This document shows, one piece after another, positions 8,236-18,027 of a stretch of DNA of 45,434 bases. How positions within the stretch are numbered: position 1 is the first letter of the stretch; the number at the start of each line of letters is the position of its first letter. The notes below the pieces were generated by a model, which was given only the letters and a program-made list of their open reading frames with translations, was not told the DNA's origin and made no database searches. The position numbers and the translations under genes are program-made. This DNA comes from a virus (lineage: Duplodnaviria; Caudoviricetes): positions 1 to 45,434 of the IMG/VR virus record IMGVR_UViG_3300016478_000286, one strand, 5' to 3'.

Positions 8236-9020
8236 CTAGGCATTTCCTCCCACATATCTTTGGACTCTCGTTTACATTCGCTTGAGTACTCACAATTTCC
8301 GCAAAGAGGGTGCGGAGTCTTAGCAAAATCGTCAAGAGCAACTCCTATGATGTAGCTTGCCAACGTATTCCTGGCGTTGTTCCGGATCATCCTGATTGGC
8401 GGTATTTCAAGAGGGCTAATGCTCCCCCCTGCCGCATAGGAAATAGACAGCAGAGACAGGTCTGTTGTCAGTCCTCTATTGATCTCTGTGCCAATGCTGT
8501 ATAAGCCAAGCTGTGTTTCATCCCTACAGGTAACATCCGTGGTTTGTCTGGTGCGCAATTTCATGTCAACCAAGAGAGGCTTGTTAACATCAAGCAAATC
8601 AGCGAACATTATAACCTGTTTGCTCTTTATTTCATCATATAGGAACAGAACAGAAGCCATCGATTTCGGGATGTCCTCTCCAAGGACGGCAGAGACTGGA
8701 GCCGTGATGTCAACTTCGTGTTCGAACTCTCCTCCCTCCACGTTGTGCCACATCTGATAAAGGCCAAGAGCGGTTTCAATACCGCCAAGGATCGAGGCGT
8801 CCGAGTCTTTCGCAGGAAAAGTGTAGTGCCGTTTCCTCTCGTTAAACAACTTCGCCACCAATTCCCTTGAAGCTCCGGCAATTCTTTCGTGAAACAGGTC
8901 TCCCTCCAAGAGTCTCACCGATAGTGGGGCCTGTATCTTTTCAACATATTTTAGATAGTACTTCCGGTGACATTCGTGGTAACAGAACATCGCCGTTGGT
9001 GAATAGTGCTCAGGTATCAT
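8232..9020 (-). CDS. PD-(D/E)XK nuclease, Cas4/AddB-like with putative Fe-S cluster
   Basis: HYSPT..CYHECHRKYY, G..FH, ADLLD...LVDMK, QLGLYS, C-terminal CGNCEYSSEC. Confidence 0.75.
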   Translation of the reverse strand: MIPEHYSPTAMFCYHECHRKYYLKYVEKIQAPLSVRLLEGDLFHERIAGASRELVAKLFNERKRHYTFPAKDSDASILGGIETALGLYQMWHNVEGGEFEHEVDITAPVSAVLGEDIPKSMASVLFLYDEIKSKQVIMFADLLDVNKPLLVDMKLRTRQTTDVTCRDETQLGLYSIGTEINRGLTTDLSLLSISYAAGGSISPLEIPPIRMIRNNARNTLASYIIGVALDDFAKTPHPLCGNCEYSSECKRESKDMWEEMPR

Positions 9021-10033
9021 TTTCCCTCCTCTGGAATTTCCATTTCATCTCCGATGGTAAACGCCTTCGCCTTAACAAGGAATTCAGAACCCTTATTGAA
9101 GTCCCCGGCGACCATCTCTGCGTAGTTGAAAAGATTGGAATCAAACGTCTTTCTTGCGTCAACGCTGTCAGCGTCATGGCCTGTGAGGAACGTTTCGTAC
9201 AGGTTAAGTATCTGCGGGTTTATTATGGTTGCCCTCGCCTTGTCCAGAAGTTTCGTAGCGGGGACAGGAACAAGACGGATCGGGCTAGACTCCTGGCTCC
9301 CGTGGGACCCAACTCTATGCTCCCTCTGTAGAGCCTCGTTCTTCGCTGGCAACCCTGTATAGTACCACCGCTTTCTATGCCTGGCGGTCACATCGTCTGC
9401 CGATTTCTCGTCAAGGAACACCTCAATGTTCCTCACAAAATGCTGTAGCTGGTCTCCAAACCCGAACGTGTTGTCTCCTGGAGCTCCCTTTCTTGTTTCG
9501 TGGTACAATGCGAACCGCTCAAAAGCCTTCAGAAAGTCGTCTCGGAGAACCTTCCTTGTCCTTGTTTTTAGCTTTACAAGGTGCTCTTCAGGGTCAAGCC
9601 GGTAGTGGTGTAACCCTTTAGCCTTGTTCCAGTATAGCTCTATAAAATCCTTAGGAACGGCGCCATTATCACTCGCTTCCCTGGGCCTCTCTACAGAAGG
9701 TTCTTTGCCAGGAACCTCTGGGAGAGAGAACCGAAGACCTCTATCGCCATCTTCTCCCGTTGCCAACTTCTCGATCTTTATAAGCCCTCTGGTATTGAGG
9801 GCCGTGACACACCCGGCCACGGCCTTCCAGGAAACAAACGGGAAGAGAGCACGGTACAGCTTCATCTCTGACAATACAGTCAGGCTCCCCTTCTCGCCAA
9901 CTGGATTATCGCCTCTTGCTAAGAAAGCCGCACTCTCGCCTTCTATAAGAGACGCCAACTCCCGATAAACAGCGGCAAACATTATGCCGCCACACAAGGA
10001 AACGTCGTCGCCCGTGAAGGTGTAGACTTTCAT
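9017..10033 (-). CDS. Putative replication initiator / wHTH protein
   Basis: N-terminal winged-helix-like segment (FPFVSWKAVAGCVTALNTRGLIKIEK), linker and helical C-domain. Replication-module context. Confidence 0.4.
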   Translation of the reverse strand: MKVYTFTGDDVSLCGGIMFAAVYRELASLIEGESAAFLARGDNPVGEKGSLTVLSEMKLYRALFPFVSWKAVAGCVTALNTRGLIKIEKLATGEDGDRGLRFSLPEVPGKEPSVERPREASDNGAVPKDFIELYWNKAKGLHHYRLDPEEHLVKLKTRTRKVLRDDFLKAFERFALYHETRKGAPGDNTFGFGDQLQHFVRNIEVFLDEKSADDVTARHRKRWYYTGLPAKNEALQREHRVGSHGSQESSPIRLVPVPATKLLDKARATIINPQILNLYETFLTGHDADSVDARKTFDSNLFNYAEMVAGDFNKGSEFLVKAKAFTIGDEMEIPEEGK

Positions 10034-10740
10034 TCGTCGTCCTTGTCCAAATCGTAGTCAATTGTATCGCCAGAGTTTTTCCTCTTCTGATTGTGCCTCG
10101 GCGAATAGCCATTTGTTACAACGCACCCAGGGAGCTCATCCAAGTCATAATCCTCAAGGTATCGTTCCAACATTGATGTCTTAAACACGGCATATCTAGG
10201 AGGGATCTCCTTCTTCCAAATGGCCTTAGCAAGAGCCGCCGGGTCTTTGACTGTGACGATCTTCTTAGGCTTCAGAGAGACCGACCCTGAGCCAGATACA
10301 AACTTTTTATTCGGCTCCTCAAGGATAATCTCGGCCCCGTATTTCTCTTTGGCAAGGGCCTCTGTTCTCTTCTTCTCCTCCTCGAGATCTCTAAGATGGG
10401 CAATCAGCGCATTGTCAACGTTGCCCATTGCGTCTTTGATCCGCTTCTGTAGAGCCTTAAAAATCTCGTCAACCCTCTCCTTCTCGTCAAGGATTGGCCG
10501 GACCGTCTCCTTCCTAACAGCCTCTAGGTTTGTAGCCTCTCTTGAAAGGGCTAGAGAAATGTCAGAAACCTCTTCCTTGTTCTTTTCCGTTACGGAAGTA
10601 ACCTCTTCTGCTTCTGAAATCAACAGGGAAATCTCTTCTGCTTTGTTTGCGACAAACGTCCTAGCTAACTCTGCCGTAAACGTCCGTTTAAAAACAACCG
10701 CCTGGTTGTCAGACACTACCACCGCACGTTTTCCTTCCAC
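10030..10740 (-). CDS. Coiled-coil protein, Gam/Gp157/DUF1351-like
   Basis: LEAVRKETVRPILDEKERVDEIFK coiled coil and C-terminal IPPRY...ELPGCVV. Confidence 0.5.
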   Translation of the reverse strand: MEGKRAVVVSDNQAVVFKRTFTAELARTFVANKAEEISLLISEAEEVTSVTEKNKEEVSDISLALSREATNLEAVRKETVRPILDEKERVDEIFKALQKRIKDAMGNVDNALIAHLRDLEEEKKRTEALAKEKYGAEIILEEPNKKFVSGSGSVSLKPKKIVTVKDPAALAKAIWKKEIPPRYAVFKTSMLERYLEDYDLDELPGCVVTNGYSPRHNQKRKNSGDTIDYDLDKDDE

Positions 10741-10803
10741 GTTATTTCTCCTCCTTATCCTTGAATGTTAGTGGCCATTTCAGCAAACTGCTAAACGCTT
10801 CGA

Positions 10804-11025
10804 TCATTTGTCCTCCACGTCCAAAAACCGGATCATGTGAAGAGGCATGTTCCGAACTCTCCCGTCTGGCATCTCGACGATCGCAGATGAAACAGAGCAT
10901 AGGTCACCGCTATGCTCCTCAAAGTCTGTCCCGTACTGGGCGAAGATCCCTTCCCCGTCCTCGACCTGGACGTATTCATCCCCAACCTTTTCCCAGGTAT
11001 ACGTCATCACTCGTCGTTTAGTCAT
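10804..11025 (-). CDS. Small hypothetical protein
   Basis: 73 aa, GGAGGAGG RBS. Confidence 0.6.
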   Translation of the reverse strand: MTKRRVMTYTWEKVGDEYVQVEDGEGIFAQYGTDFEEHSGDLCSVSSAIVEMPDGRVRNMPLHMIRFLDVEDK

Positions 11026-11073
11026 TCCTCCTCCTTCGGCCAGAGTTTCCTGGGATAAAGGATGTATGTTATC

Positions 11074-11244
11074 TCACGCTCCATGCCGCACCCTCCTCCT
11101 CATCTTTCTCGCGAACGCCGCCTTTCTGACGAACGTCAAGGCCAGCTCGTAGCCCATAATCACGATAAACAGAGCCACGACCAGAGCCATCAGCAGGCCC
11201 GTCAGATACATTCCGCAATCAAATATCGTCGTCAGGATCTCCAT
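11074..11244 (-). CDS. Small membrane protein (56 aa, not in the ORF track)
   Basis: GGAGGAGG RBS. MEILTTIFDCGMYLTGLLMALVVALFIVIMGYELALTFVRKAAFARKMRRRVRHGA: TM helix plus basic tail. Confidence 0.55.
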   Translation of the reverse strand: MEILTTIFDCGMYLTGLLMALVVALFIVIMGYELALTFVRKAAFARKMRRRVRHGA

Positions 11245-11404
11245 AGGCCTCCTCCGTACTCTCTTCTCTTCTTACGACCGCTTCAGGGTCTATCGTCTTC
11301 CTTAGCTCGAACTCGGCCACCTTCCCTTTATGCCAATTCTGGATTGGCCTGTAATACCCTACAACTCGTGAAAAAACCTCGGTTGGAACGACTCGTACTT
11401 TCAC
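11219..11404 (-). CDS. Stand-alone NrdD-type glycyl-radical C-terminal domain
   Basis: EVFSRVVGYYRPIQNWHKGKVAEFELRK matches the class III RNR C-terminal RxxGY...WNxGKxxEFxxR motif. GTGA-coupled to the upstream gene. Confidence 0.8.
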   Translation of the reverse strand: MKVRVVPTEVFSRVVGYYRPIQNWHKGKVAEFELRKTIDPEAVVRREESTEEAYGDPDDDI

Positions 11405-12024
11405 TGTTCTTCATACCTCCCATGTTTTTTCATTAAGTTAATATGGGATAGTTCCGTGATGAAGTCCCTTTCCAGAGAACTCCCTAGTTTTACAGGAACA
11501 GCCTCATGCGTACCGTCCCGTTTCAGCATAACACAATAGCACGATGATGGAGCTGGGATCCCTTCAAAGAGCATCGAATAGGCCGCAAGCTGGATACGAT
11601 AGTATTCACGGAAGATCCCTGTTTTCCAATCAACCAGGACCGTTTTGGAGCCGTCCGGAGAAATGAAGATACAGTCCAATGTCCCTGTATACTCCAAAAG
11701 AGGGTGGTATCCTAGAACCTCAGCGGCAACAGTATACCGAGTGAGCTTCTCTTTCTTCACAAACGCCTTTGCCGCCTTGATATAAGGGACAATACGCTTG
11801 TCTACAGCAAGTAGCTTTTTCTTGCTTAGCGTTGCCGCTACCGCCCGGTGAACCTCGGTCCCGAAATCTGCGGCGGGAGATCCTCCGTCTCCAATGAACC
11901 CGCTAAGCTCCTTAAGCACCTTCGTAACAGACAGCAAGGTACGCCCACTATCGTGAACGTACCTATGGCCGTCTGCGAAAAATGTTACTGGGAACTCTGC
12001 CCCAGGAGTAAGGCCTTGTAGCAT
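11401..12024 (-). CDS. PD-(D/E)XK exonuclease
   Basis: HRY...LLSVTKVL, FGTEVH, E...YTGTLDC...LVDWKTG...IQLAAYS. Confidence 0.8.
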   Translation of the reverse strand: MLQGLTPGAEFPVTFFADGHRYVHDSGRTLLSVTKVLKELSGFIGDGGSPAADFGTEVHRAVAATLSKKKLLAVDKRIVPYIKAAKAFVKKEKLTRYTVAAEVLGYHPLLEYTGTLDCIFISPDGSKTVLVDWKTGIFREYYRIQLAAYSMLFEGIPAPSSCYCVMLKRDGTHEAVPVKLGSSLERDFITELSHINLMKKHGRYEEQ

Positions 12025-13025
12025 CAGCTATCGGCCCCAGGATAAGACGACGTTTCCTGCTCCTCTTCGACAACTGGCTCCTCTTCGATGGGGATGTCTT
12101 CCTCCTTTGGCTCAGGGTCCCCCTCAACACGGGTCCTCAGAAGCCCGCTCTTGTCGTCCCCGCCCTTGTCGCCTTTCTTCTTGCCAACCTTCTCTTCGAG
12201 GGCCTGCGCCCAGGACATCTCGCCATCCTTAATCGTATTGTAGAGGCCCCGTAGCTCAAGCCTCTCTTTGTCGTTCAGAACCTTCCCGTCGTGACCAAGG
12301 AACAGCTTCACCTGCGGAGCGGAAATGCCGATCTCTCTGAACAGGTCAAAGAGCTTTTTCCTGGCGCTCTCAGGGTCCTTGGCGTCATGGTCGGCCTTCA
12401 CCTTCATACACAAAGCCTTACCCTCGTCGGTAATATCGCCAGGGATATGCCTAAGCCCGAGGGTTCTAATGGTCTGCGAAACGATCTTGTTCTGCTTGTT
12501 TAAAATGTCATCGTCCGTAGCCTCGATGGTGTAAGTCATAAACCCTTTTGAATTGATACGTTTCTTGAGGACCGTATCACACTCCGTTACCTTGCTCCTC
12601 TCGACTGTCTTGTTGACAGTCACCTCTGCGTCGTAGGTGCTATTGGTCTCAAGGTCGGTAACAGCAACCTTGAGGATACGCTTCGAAGGGTCGTCGAAAA
12701 CGACCGTGGTCTCTGTAAGCATATTCGTCATACACCTGATAGCCGCTTCAACGAAGCGGATGGATGGGCCTGTAATACCCTTTCCGATTGGCTTAAAGTA
12801 AATAGCCGCCTCAGCAAAGCCTGGCCTCCGACACTCTTTCAGGATCTTCTCTCTCACCTCATCCAGGTCTCTAGGCCTTCTAAGGGCCATCGCATACCTG
12901 GCCTTAACGTTTGCCTCAGCAAGAGCCGCCACGGCGGAAACAGCGGTTTCTCCCGTCCTTACTGCCATAGCCTTCGGAGCTTCGTTGCTCATGATGTCAA
13001 GCCCCACTCCTTCGTCTTTCTTCAT
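12024..13025 (-). CDS. Putative single-strand annealing/recombination protein
   Basis: Immediately upstream of the exonuclease (SSAP + Exo pairing), with an acidic disordered tail. Family not confirmed. Confidence 0.45.
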   Translation of the reverse strand: MKKDEGVGLDIMSNEAPKAMAVRTGETAVSAVAALAEANVKARYAMALRRPRDLDEVREKILKECRRPGFAEAAIYFKPIGKGITGPSIRFVEAAIRCMTNMLTETTVVFDDPSKRILKVAVTDLETNSTYDAEVTVNKTVERSKVTECDTVLKKRINSKGFMTYTIEATDDDILNKQNKIVSQTIRTLGLRHIPGDITDEGKALCMKVKADHDAKDPESARKKLFDLFREIGISAPQVKLFLGHDGKVLNDKERLELRGLYNTIKDGEMSWAQALEEKVGKKKGDKGGDDKSGLLRTRVEGDPEPKEEDIPIEEEPVVEEEQETSSYPGADS

Positions 13026-13426
13026 TCTTTGTTGTCCTCCTCTCGGATTTTAATGTAGGTAATTTTTCTCATTCTTTCCTCGTCATAGACGGTGAATGTG
13101 ACTATCTTTCTCTGCCTTGATAACCTGTCAACGAACTCCCTGGTAGATCCTAGGTCCTCGCTGATTAGATCGGCCAGCTCATATATGGACGGAGCGGACC
13201 CGTTCGACAAGGCCGACAATATTTTGTCCATGACCTTGTCTCTGGCAATACAGGAATAGTAAATCTTTAGGATGGCCTGGGAGGAAAAGACGCTCAGCTT
13301 CCCCGTAGGGGAGCTTAGAATACATGACCCGTCGTCTAAAGGTTTATAGACGCTCCATCCACGCTTCGAAAGATATTCAATTGCTTCCTCAACGATGAAC
13401 CGGGTTTCCTTTCGTCGCCTAGTCAT
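13022..13426 (-). CDS. HTH/wHTH DNA-binding protein, likely leaderless
   Basis: KILSALSNGSAPSIYELADLISEDLGSTREFVDRLSRQRKI wHTH. The ATG lies 7 nt after a TATACT -10 box. Confidence 0.6.
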   Translation of the reverse strand: MTRRRKETRFIVEEAIEYLSKRGWSVYKPLDDGSCILSSPTGKLSVFSSQAILKIYYSCIARDKVMDKILSALSNGSAPSIYELADLISEDLGSTREFVDRLSRQRKIVTFTVYDEERMRKITYIKIREEDNKE

Positions 13427-13432
13427 ACATAT

Positions 13433-13460
13433 AGTATAGGCCGATAGACAGAAATGTCAA
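13433..13460 (-). promoter_or_regulatory. sigma70-type promoter of the replication/recombination operon
   Basis: TTGACA-tttctgtctatcggcc(16)-TATACT on the - strand. Confidence 0.8.
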
Positions 13461-13480
13461 CCGAAAATCGAAAACTAATT

Positions 13481-16400
13481 TTATTCTTCTTCGAAACTCG
13501 AAGCAATGGACTTGAGATAATCTCTCTCTGCTACGGCTTCTCTATACTTCTCAACCAGCCTATCTCGGGTTTTTTGCCCTGCATCTCCACGGGCGGATAG
13601 TCGCATGATCTCACGCTTTATGTCGGACAACTTCACTGAGTTCTCGTAGCGCCTCTTGTTGTAGGCAATTTCAGGCTTTACGTCGTAAATCTTTGGAGCG
13701 CCAACGAAAGAGGCAAGCCTCGCAAACCCAGGGACGCCCTTTGTATAACTCTTGGGAGACACGTAGCCGAAAATAGACGGCGTTTCTGAGTCTCCGAATA
13801 TGTTTCCAGGGTTCAGGTTTTCAATCGTCGTCAGAGCTCGGAAGGGCTTCGTCACCCAGTGCTTTAGACTCTCCGTAATAGGCAACCCAAAGAGAGTCGT
13901 CTCCTGCCCAGGGTACTCTTCGATCTTTTTGTCGGGCTTAAAGATTGGCCTCCCAAACTCGTTTTCAACCATGCCGGAGACCATAGGGTTAAACAGTTTG
14001 GTCAGCTCGCTGAAAAAGTTTTGCGGGAGAGCGTTCTCGGGTTCTGTAAACGGGACATATCCCTCCATGGCCATTCCGAGAGTCTTTGTCTTTTCCCCCC
14101 TAAGCCAGGCAAGCGGGTTCGACGGGAGGTAAAACATGGCGTTCTGCTTAGCGTACTCGGTTTCGAAGTCTTGCTTGTCACCAAGGAACTCCCGCTTCGA
14201 TATATCCCTCAGCTTGTAAAACCCTCTCAGAATGTACGGCTTTTTGATGGCCATCTCGATCTGGAACGGGAGGTTATAATACTTATATTTTATGAATGGG
14301 AATAGATCTTGGCTCTTTTTGATCCACTCAGGGACAACCTCGTAGTCGAAGTTTACCTTGTTCACAAGGCGCATAGCTTCTTCTGGATCGCCGTATTTCT
14401 GTAGCCCCCAAATGAAGTTCGATATACGAGTGATCCCTTCTGAAGAGTTCCCGGCTTTCCCGAGATAATCGACAACAGCGCTAGGCCCTTTGTCCCAGCC
14501 CTTCGGAATATCAATCCCGGCTTGTTTCAGAAACCTCCTCATTTCTACGGGGTTTCTAGTGTACTCGGGGATGACCTCTGCGGCAAAGAACCCTCTTCCT
14601 ACCTGCCTAGACTCAATCTCTTTGGCCAACTGCTTTCCTGAGAAAACACGGCCATCGGATAGTACGAGATCAGGGAGGTTATCAAGAGCCTTACCAGACC
14701 AAATAGACTCCAGGATAGGCTTCTGATAAACGCTCATAATCTTCGCTTGTTCGGAAAGAGGGATCCCTGCCTGAGATCCCTTGATCATATCGGTAATAAC
14801 GTTTCGTGTGTGGAAGGCTGGGAACGGGGCCGTTGTGATTAGCTTCCACGTCCCGGTCATGGAGTGTATAGCCTTCCCAAGTATCCCAGGAGCCTTTGGA
14901 GTGATGGACATCAACAAGTCGATGGACTGGTTTTCCATCCTGGACATGGCTTTAGCCACGTCAGGAGCGTACATATACCCTTTTAGGCTAGGTATGCCAA
15001 CGGTTTTCCAACCCTTGTCCGAGAGCCTCTCAATCTCATCCGGGGTCATCTGGACAATCTTCTTCGCCTGCCCGAGGGAAACAGCCCAATCGGAAAACGC
15101 TTTAGGCGCTCCTACCCTGCCCATAGCCCTGCGATAGGCGTTGGTCCTGTCGATCCTTCGAGTCATAAAATCTTGAAGAAATATATCCTTGCCCTTGAAC
15201 TCCTCAAGACCCTTAATGCCAACGTTCCTGGAAACCCTGTTTATTTCTGCCGTAACAGGGGAGTTCCAGTAGCCCATGGCCCACCCTGCGGCCCTGGCGT
15301 CTTTGAAGCGGTCCCCTGCTGAGTGCGAGATGATATAGTCACGAACGACCTTATATTTCTCTGGCTCATCAAGCGAAGCGAAGAAAGCGGTCCTCGCCTT
15401 CCTCAACGCCTCAGCCGTCTCTCTCTCGGTTTTCCCTACTGCGGGAGCTGTTTCGAGGGCAATCCTATTTGAGTCAAAGGCCCAATTGACCAACTTCGAC
15501 CCGTTCTTCCCCAGCAACGAAGTGATAAGGGACTGTGCGTTCTGATCTTGGAGAACCTCCCCTTTCAAAACCCTTGTTGCGTCTGAAAGGAACTGCCCGT
15601 TAGGGGCAACGATTGTCCTTCCCTTCCACACGTCTGGTTTTGAAAACAAGGAATAGAACTTGGTGGCCTTCCCACTACCTTCCTTCATCCTCTCACGAAG
15701 GGCCTCCAAAACATCGGCCCTCAGCTCATTGTAGAGGTAGTTCTTCGTATACTCCAAAGGCATTCCGAGGACTTCTGCGGCTTCTTTCTCGCTTCCAAAG
15801 ATTTTATCAAGTACGGCGGAGTCTTTGGCGATCAGTTCGGGAGCGCCTGCGTCGTTCAGCTTCTGGAATATCTTCTCGTAGAGGTCCTTTTCCATCCCGA
15901 CCTTTTCCCAGGCCGGAATGTCGTCGCCATATTTGACTCCGTGTTCAATAAGCTTCGTCATTTCAGGGAGGACTGCCTCTATATCCTCCGGCTTGTACTT
16001 ATCCTTCGGGAGGGCTTCGTAGACCGTATCTACAACACGCATTACCTGGTCTTTAATCTTCTCTGCGTCGGCTCCCTCTCTGGCCAATGTTTCAACAGTT
16101 TTGTCAATTACGTTAGCTACTCTTGCGGACGTCTCAGTAGATTCCTTGATAAGATCGTACCCAAGCCTAGTCCCCTGAACGTCGATCTCTCGCTTCACGA
16201 AGTCAGGGTTCGTCAGCTTTGTCAACATCTGCTGGACAGGAGTTCCAACGTTCGCTCCGTACCAGCGGGCGAACTCGTCGCCGAACTTCTTGACAGGCTC
16301 AGGAATAGCTTCTAGCCCTCTTGCTATGGTCTCCGGCAGAATCTGTTTGTAAACGTTTGTAAACGGAATATGGAGAGCCGGTCCTGCCCATCCGGCCCTA

Positions 16401-18019
16401 ACTTTCTCGGCCATTGTAGCGTCGGTCGGAAGTTTCCCTCCGGTTTTCCGTAAGAACTCAGAGAGCGCCCCAAGCCCCTCGCTCATTTTGGCGGCGTTAT
16501 TTCCAGTGCTTAACCCCTCGGCAACATTGCCGATCTTTGTCATCTCTCCCTGTAAATCGGCCAATCTAGACGCCAACTCAGGGACTGCGTTTGTTCCTTC
16601 GGCAATGAGTTTTTCAAGTTCTTTCGGGTTGGAGATTATCCTGGCAACATCCTCTGCCGGGAGGCCTGTGAGTTTTGTCAGCTCTGCCGTAGCCTCAGAG
16701 AGAACCCTGGATACTGTTTCTGGATGGTCCGAAAGAGCGTCTCGCAAATGCTCAAGAGGGCCGATCAAAGCCTTCGTCTTTTCCAGCTCAGGCCCCATTC
16801 CTGAAAGCTTGTCGGCAATTGTGAAGGCCTGCCGCTCTATTCCTTCAACGGCTTCCTTCGCCTTGGCAACCTTTCCTGCTTGCTTGTCGTATTTTGTAAG
16901 GTTAATAGGCGTATCAAAGATCCTGTTGGAAAGGGACTCCGCTGTCTCTCTGCTCTTTTTAACCTTTTGACCCAAGAGAGAAACGGTCCTGTCCCTCTGC
17001 TCAAGTAGCTTCTCTAGAGCTCCGGTTTTTCTCCCAGCGGCTACACGGTCCTTAATTTGCTCAGAGACTGCGTTGCGCCTCTTTATGGCGCCTTCTAATG
17101 CGGCCTCTTTTTTCTGTACATCCAAGGCGGCTTTCTCGGCCTTTCTCCCTGCGGCAGTTACTGGGTTCCACATATTGCTAACGTTAGCCAGTTCTTCTTC
17201 GGCAATGCCAAGCTTCGCCGCCGCCTCTCTACGAAGCTCTCCAATGGCCGCAAGTTTCTCTTCCCCGCTAACGAAAGATGAATTAATGCGTTCTATCTTT
17301 GCGTTAAGCTCTTCCAGAGTCTTTGCTGGATTCTTCGTGAGTTTCTCGGCAACTTCCGGGGCTACTCCGAGGTTCGTAACCAAGTCTTGCTTAAACGGAG
17401 CCGTTACATAATCCACCCCATGGTTGGCATAATCGAGCGCTCCTCCAGCTATATCCTTCGCTTCTTCTGCTACTTTCCCTAGCCCCTTTCTCTTCTCGGC
17501 AACGTTCAGCAACCCCTTTACCGTTGTAAGTTCTTCTCCATACCTCTCTGTTGAAAGAGCCTTCAAAACGTCCTGTAGCTTATCCGGAGCTGTTTTCGCA
17601 AGACGATCAATATCTCCTGCCGACATCCCAATTTTGTTCATAATTTTGAGGGCCTCTCCACCACGGGCAATTTTAGGGAGAGCGGAGATAGCCTTCGTGA
17701 ACATCATGGGGTCCGCAACGAAGTCTGTGGTATAAGAAAATATCTTAAACGCCGGTTCGTTCTCAAAGTTCTCGCCAAACGTGGCTTTGGCAAGGCTCTT
17801 CAGGACAGAGTTCTTTTTAACTACGTCTGCGAATGAGGCATAGTCGTATGGATGTAGGATAGCATCTAGTGGGTTCTTGCCACTAAGGCCAGCGAAGAAC
17901 ATGGACTGCGGAACCTGGAACGGATAGCCAGCAATCTTTAGCCCCTTCTCTGCCCAGGTCGGGAGGAGCCCCCCTCCCGCTTTGTCTTGCTCTACATAAC
18001 CTCCAAAGCGTACAGGCAT
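13481..18019 (-). CDS. Large internal virion/ejection protein
   Basis: 1512 aa, Ala/Lys/Glu-rich and helical. Last gene of the podoviral structural block. C-terminal FHTRN..FDY..FPF..Y motifs resemble large ejection proteins. Confidence 0.65.
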   Translation of the reverse strand: MPVRFGGYVEQDKAGGGLLPTWAEKGLKIAGYPFQVPQSMFFAGLSGKNPLDAILHPYDYASFADVVKKNSVLKSLAKATFGENFENEPAFKIFSYTTDFVADPMMFTKAISALPKIARGGEALKIMNKIGMSAGDIDRLAKTAPDKLQDVLKALSTERYGEELTTVKGLLNVAEKRKGLGKVAEEAKDIAGGALDYANHGVDYVTAPFKQDLVTNLGVAPEVAEKLTKNPAKTLEELNAKIERINSSFVSGEEKLAAIGELRREAAAKLGIAEEELANVSNMWNPVTAAGRKAEKAALDVQKKEAALEGAIKRRNAVSEQIKDRVAAGRKTGALEKLLEQRDRTVSLLGQKVKKSRETAESLSNRIFDTPINLTKYDKQAGKVAKAKEAVEGIERQAFTIADKLSGMGPELEKTKALIGPLEHLRDALSDHPETVSRVLSEATAELTKLTGLPAEDVARIISNPKELEKLIAEGTNAVPELASRLADLQGEMTKIGNVAEGLSTGNNAAKMSEGLGALSEFLRKTGGKLPTDATMAEKVRAGWAGPALHIPFTNVYKQILPETIARGLEAIPEPVKKFGDEFARWYGANVGTPVQQMLTKLTNPDFVKREIDVQGTRLGYDLIKESTETSARVANVIDKTVETLAREGADAEKIKDQVMRVVDTVYEALPKDKYKPEDIEAVLPEMTKLIEHGVKYGDDIPAWEKVGMEKDLYEKIFQKLNDAGAPELIAKDSAVLDKIFGSEKEAAEVLGMPLEYTKNYLYNELRADVLEALRERMKEGSGKATKFYSLFSKPDVWKGRTIVAPNGQFLSDATRVLKGEVLQDQNAQSLITSLLGKNGSKLVNWAFDSNRIALETAPAVGKTERETAEALRKARTAFFASLDEPEKYKVVRDYIISHSAGDRFKDARAAGWAMGYWNSPVTAEINRVSRNVGIKGLEEFKGKDIFLQDFMTRRIDRTNAYRRAMGRVGAPKAFSDWAVSLGQAKKIVQMTPDEIERLSDKGWKTVGIPSLKGYMYAPDVAKAMSRMENQSIDLLMSITPKAPGILGKAIHSMTGTWKLITTAPFPAFHTRNVITDMIKGSQAGIPLSEQAKIMSVYQKPILESIWSGKALDNLPDLVLSDGRVFSGKQLAKEIESRQVGRGFFAAEVIPEYTRNPVEMRRFLKQAGIDIPKGWDKGPSAVVDYLGKAGNSSEGITRISNFIWGLQKYGDPEEAMRLVNKVNFDYEVVPEWIKKSQDLFPFIKYKYYNLPFQIEMAIKKPYILRGFYKLRDISKREFLGDKQDFETEYAKQNAMFYLPSNPLAWLRGEKTKTLGMAMEGYVPFTEPENALPQNFFSELTKLFNPMVSGMVENEFGRPIFKPDKKIEEYPGQETTLFGLPITESLKHWVTKPFRALTTIENLNPGNIFGDSETPSIFGYVSPKSYTKGVPGFARLASFVGAPKIYDVKPEIAYNKRRYENSVKLSDIKREIMRLSARGDAGQKTRDRLVEKYREAVAERDYLKSIASSFEEE

Positions 18020-18027
18020 TTAGTCCC

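Noticed and set aside
8232-9020. Cas4 as evidence of a CRISPR-Cas system
   Set aside because: No cas1/cas2 or array. Solo Cas4-like nucleases are common in phage recombination modules.
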